Shown in pieces: positions 11,535 through 11,756 of a stretch of DNA of 11,756 nucleotides. The notes beneath the pieces were generated by a model that was not told the origin of the DNA, did not search any database, and saw nothing but the letters and a program-made list of their open reading frames with translations. Origin of the DNA: Nitrososphaerota archaeon. GTDB lineage: Archaea; Thermoproteota; Nitrososphaeria; Nitrososphaerales; UBA57. Each line of letters begins with the position of its first letter. The stretch's first letter is position 1. The stretch lies in contig JACAFS010000032.1 in assembly GCA_013378385.1 (NCBI GenBank), positions 1 to 11,756 on the forward strand, in the 5' to 3' direction. The translations under genes were made by a program, and so were the position numbers.

Positions 11535-11561
11535 TCCACAACTAATTTTAGTTATTTTACC
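11535..11561 (+). promoter_or_regulatory. Conserved promoter/operator module, copy E (upstream of the terminal membrane-protein ORF)
   Basis: The sequence is TCCACAactaaTTTTAgttATTTTacc, ending 12 nt before GTG 11574. Confidence 0.55.
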
Positions 11562-11573
11562 GTGTGAATACAT

Positions 11574-11756
11574 GTGGGGAAGAAAAAAAATTCAGAAGAC
11601 AAGTTCCAATGGACTGTAGGAACAGTAGCAATTGCACTTGTGGTACTCTATCTTTCCAGAGGACTAATCGCCACCGTGATAGAGGGAATAATACTTTTGA
11701 TAATATACATAATCAGCATTTTTGCAGTTGCCTCTGGGGCATATTTCTTCTGGACA
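11574..11756 (+). CDS. 5' part of a membrane protein (partial, runs off the window)
   Basis: The frame from GTG 11574 is open for 61 codons to the window edge (VGKKKNSEDKFQWTVGTVAIALVVLYLSRGLIATVIEGIILLIIYIISIFAVASGAYFFW). It is strongly hydrophobic and preceded by module copy E. It is absent from the track because it has no stop codon in the window. Confidence 0.45.
   Translation, partial: MGKKKNSEDKFQWTVGTVAIALVVLYLSRGLIATVIEGIILLIIYIISIFAVASGAYFFWT

Noticed and set aside
11572-11619. ATG-started 15-aa ORF (MWGRKKIQKTSSNGL) overlapping GTG 11574, with an A8 homopolymer at 11583-11590 that could shift it into the long frame
   Set aside because: This is speculative. A +1 A slippage would indeed fuse the frames, but the GTG two bases downstream already opens the long hydrophobic frame. 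One window cannot show phase variation.
1-11756. CRISPR arrays, rRNA genes, complete IS elements, integrases and known defence-system genes
   Set aside because: None found. There are no regularly spaced repeat-spacer arrays, no rRNA-like GC-rich blocks, and no ORF with DDE, tyrosine-recombinase, Cas, RT or ATPase-nuclease signatures that I could recognise.

Overview
This is an AT-rich, archaeal-looking chromosomal window. Counted 60-nt lines give about 33% GC in ordinary genes and 15% in spacers. It is most consistent with a Nitrosopumilus-like ammonia-oxidising thaumarchaeon. Supporting signs are TATA-like boxes about 27 nt upstream of start codons (leaderless genes), a membrane-anchored amicyanin-like cupredoxin with a Pro/Glu linker, and many tiny zinc-ribbon proteins.

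The left part (1-7700) carries housekeeping and miscellaneous genes. These include nadE, a YciI-like protein, an AbrB-type regulator, an SDR oxidoreductase, a tRNA-Cys with an oversized D-arm region, a PIN-like/HExxH fusion protein, a PPOX/F420-type protein and a class I glutamine amidotransferase. It also holds a dense cluster of Cys-rich mini-proteins, two of which the 60-aa ORF track misses. One is a 48-aa CxxC-x17-CxxC protein and the other is a 15-aa metallothionein-like ORF with a Shine-Dalgarno-like AGGAGG.

The right part (7800-11756) looks accessory. A transposase-N-terminus-like ORF is bracketed by 19-bp direct repeats built from TCGAT hexamers. Five transcription units follow: MORN protein, GNAT, cupredoxin, second MORN protein, membrane protein. 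Each is preceded by the same 27-nt module, TCCRCA-N5-TTTTA-RKK-ATTTT-N3, at fixed internal spacing. No other promoter in the window has it. Two segments there (8450-9330 and 10950-11480) are clearly more GC-rich than their surroundings.

I consider the shared-module MORN/cupredoxin/GNAT gene set and the mini metallothionein-like ORF the best candidates for something undescribed. All family assignments come from motif recognition by eye, and no searches were run.
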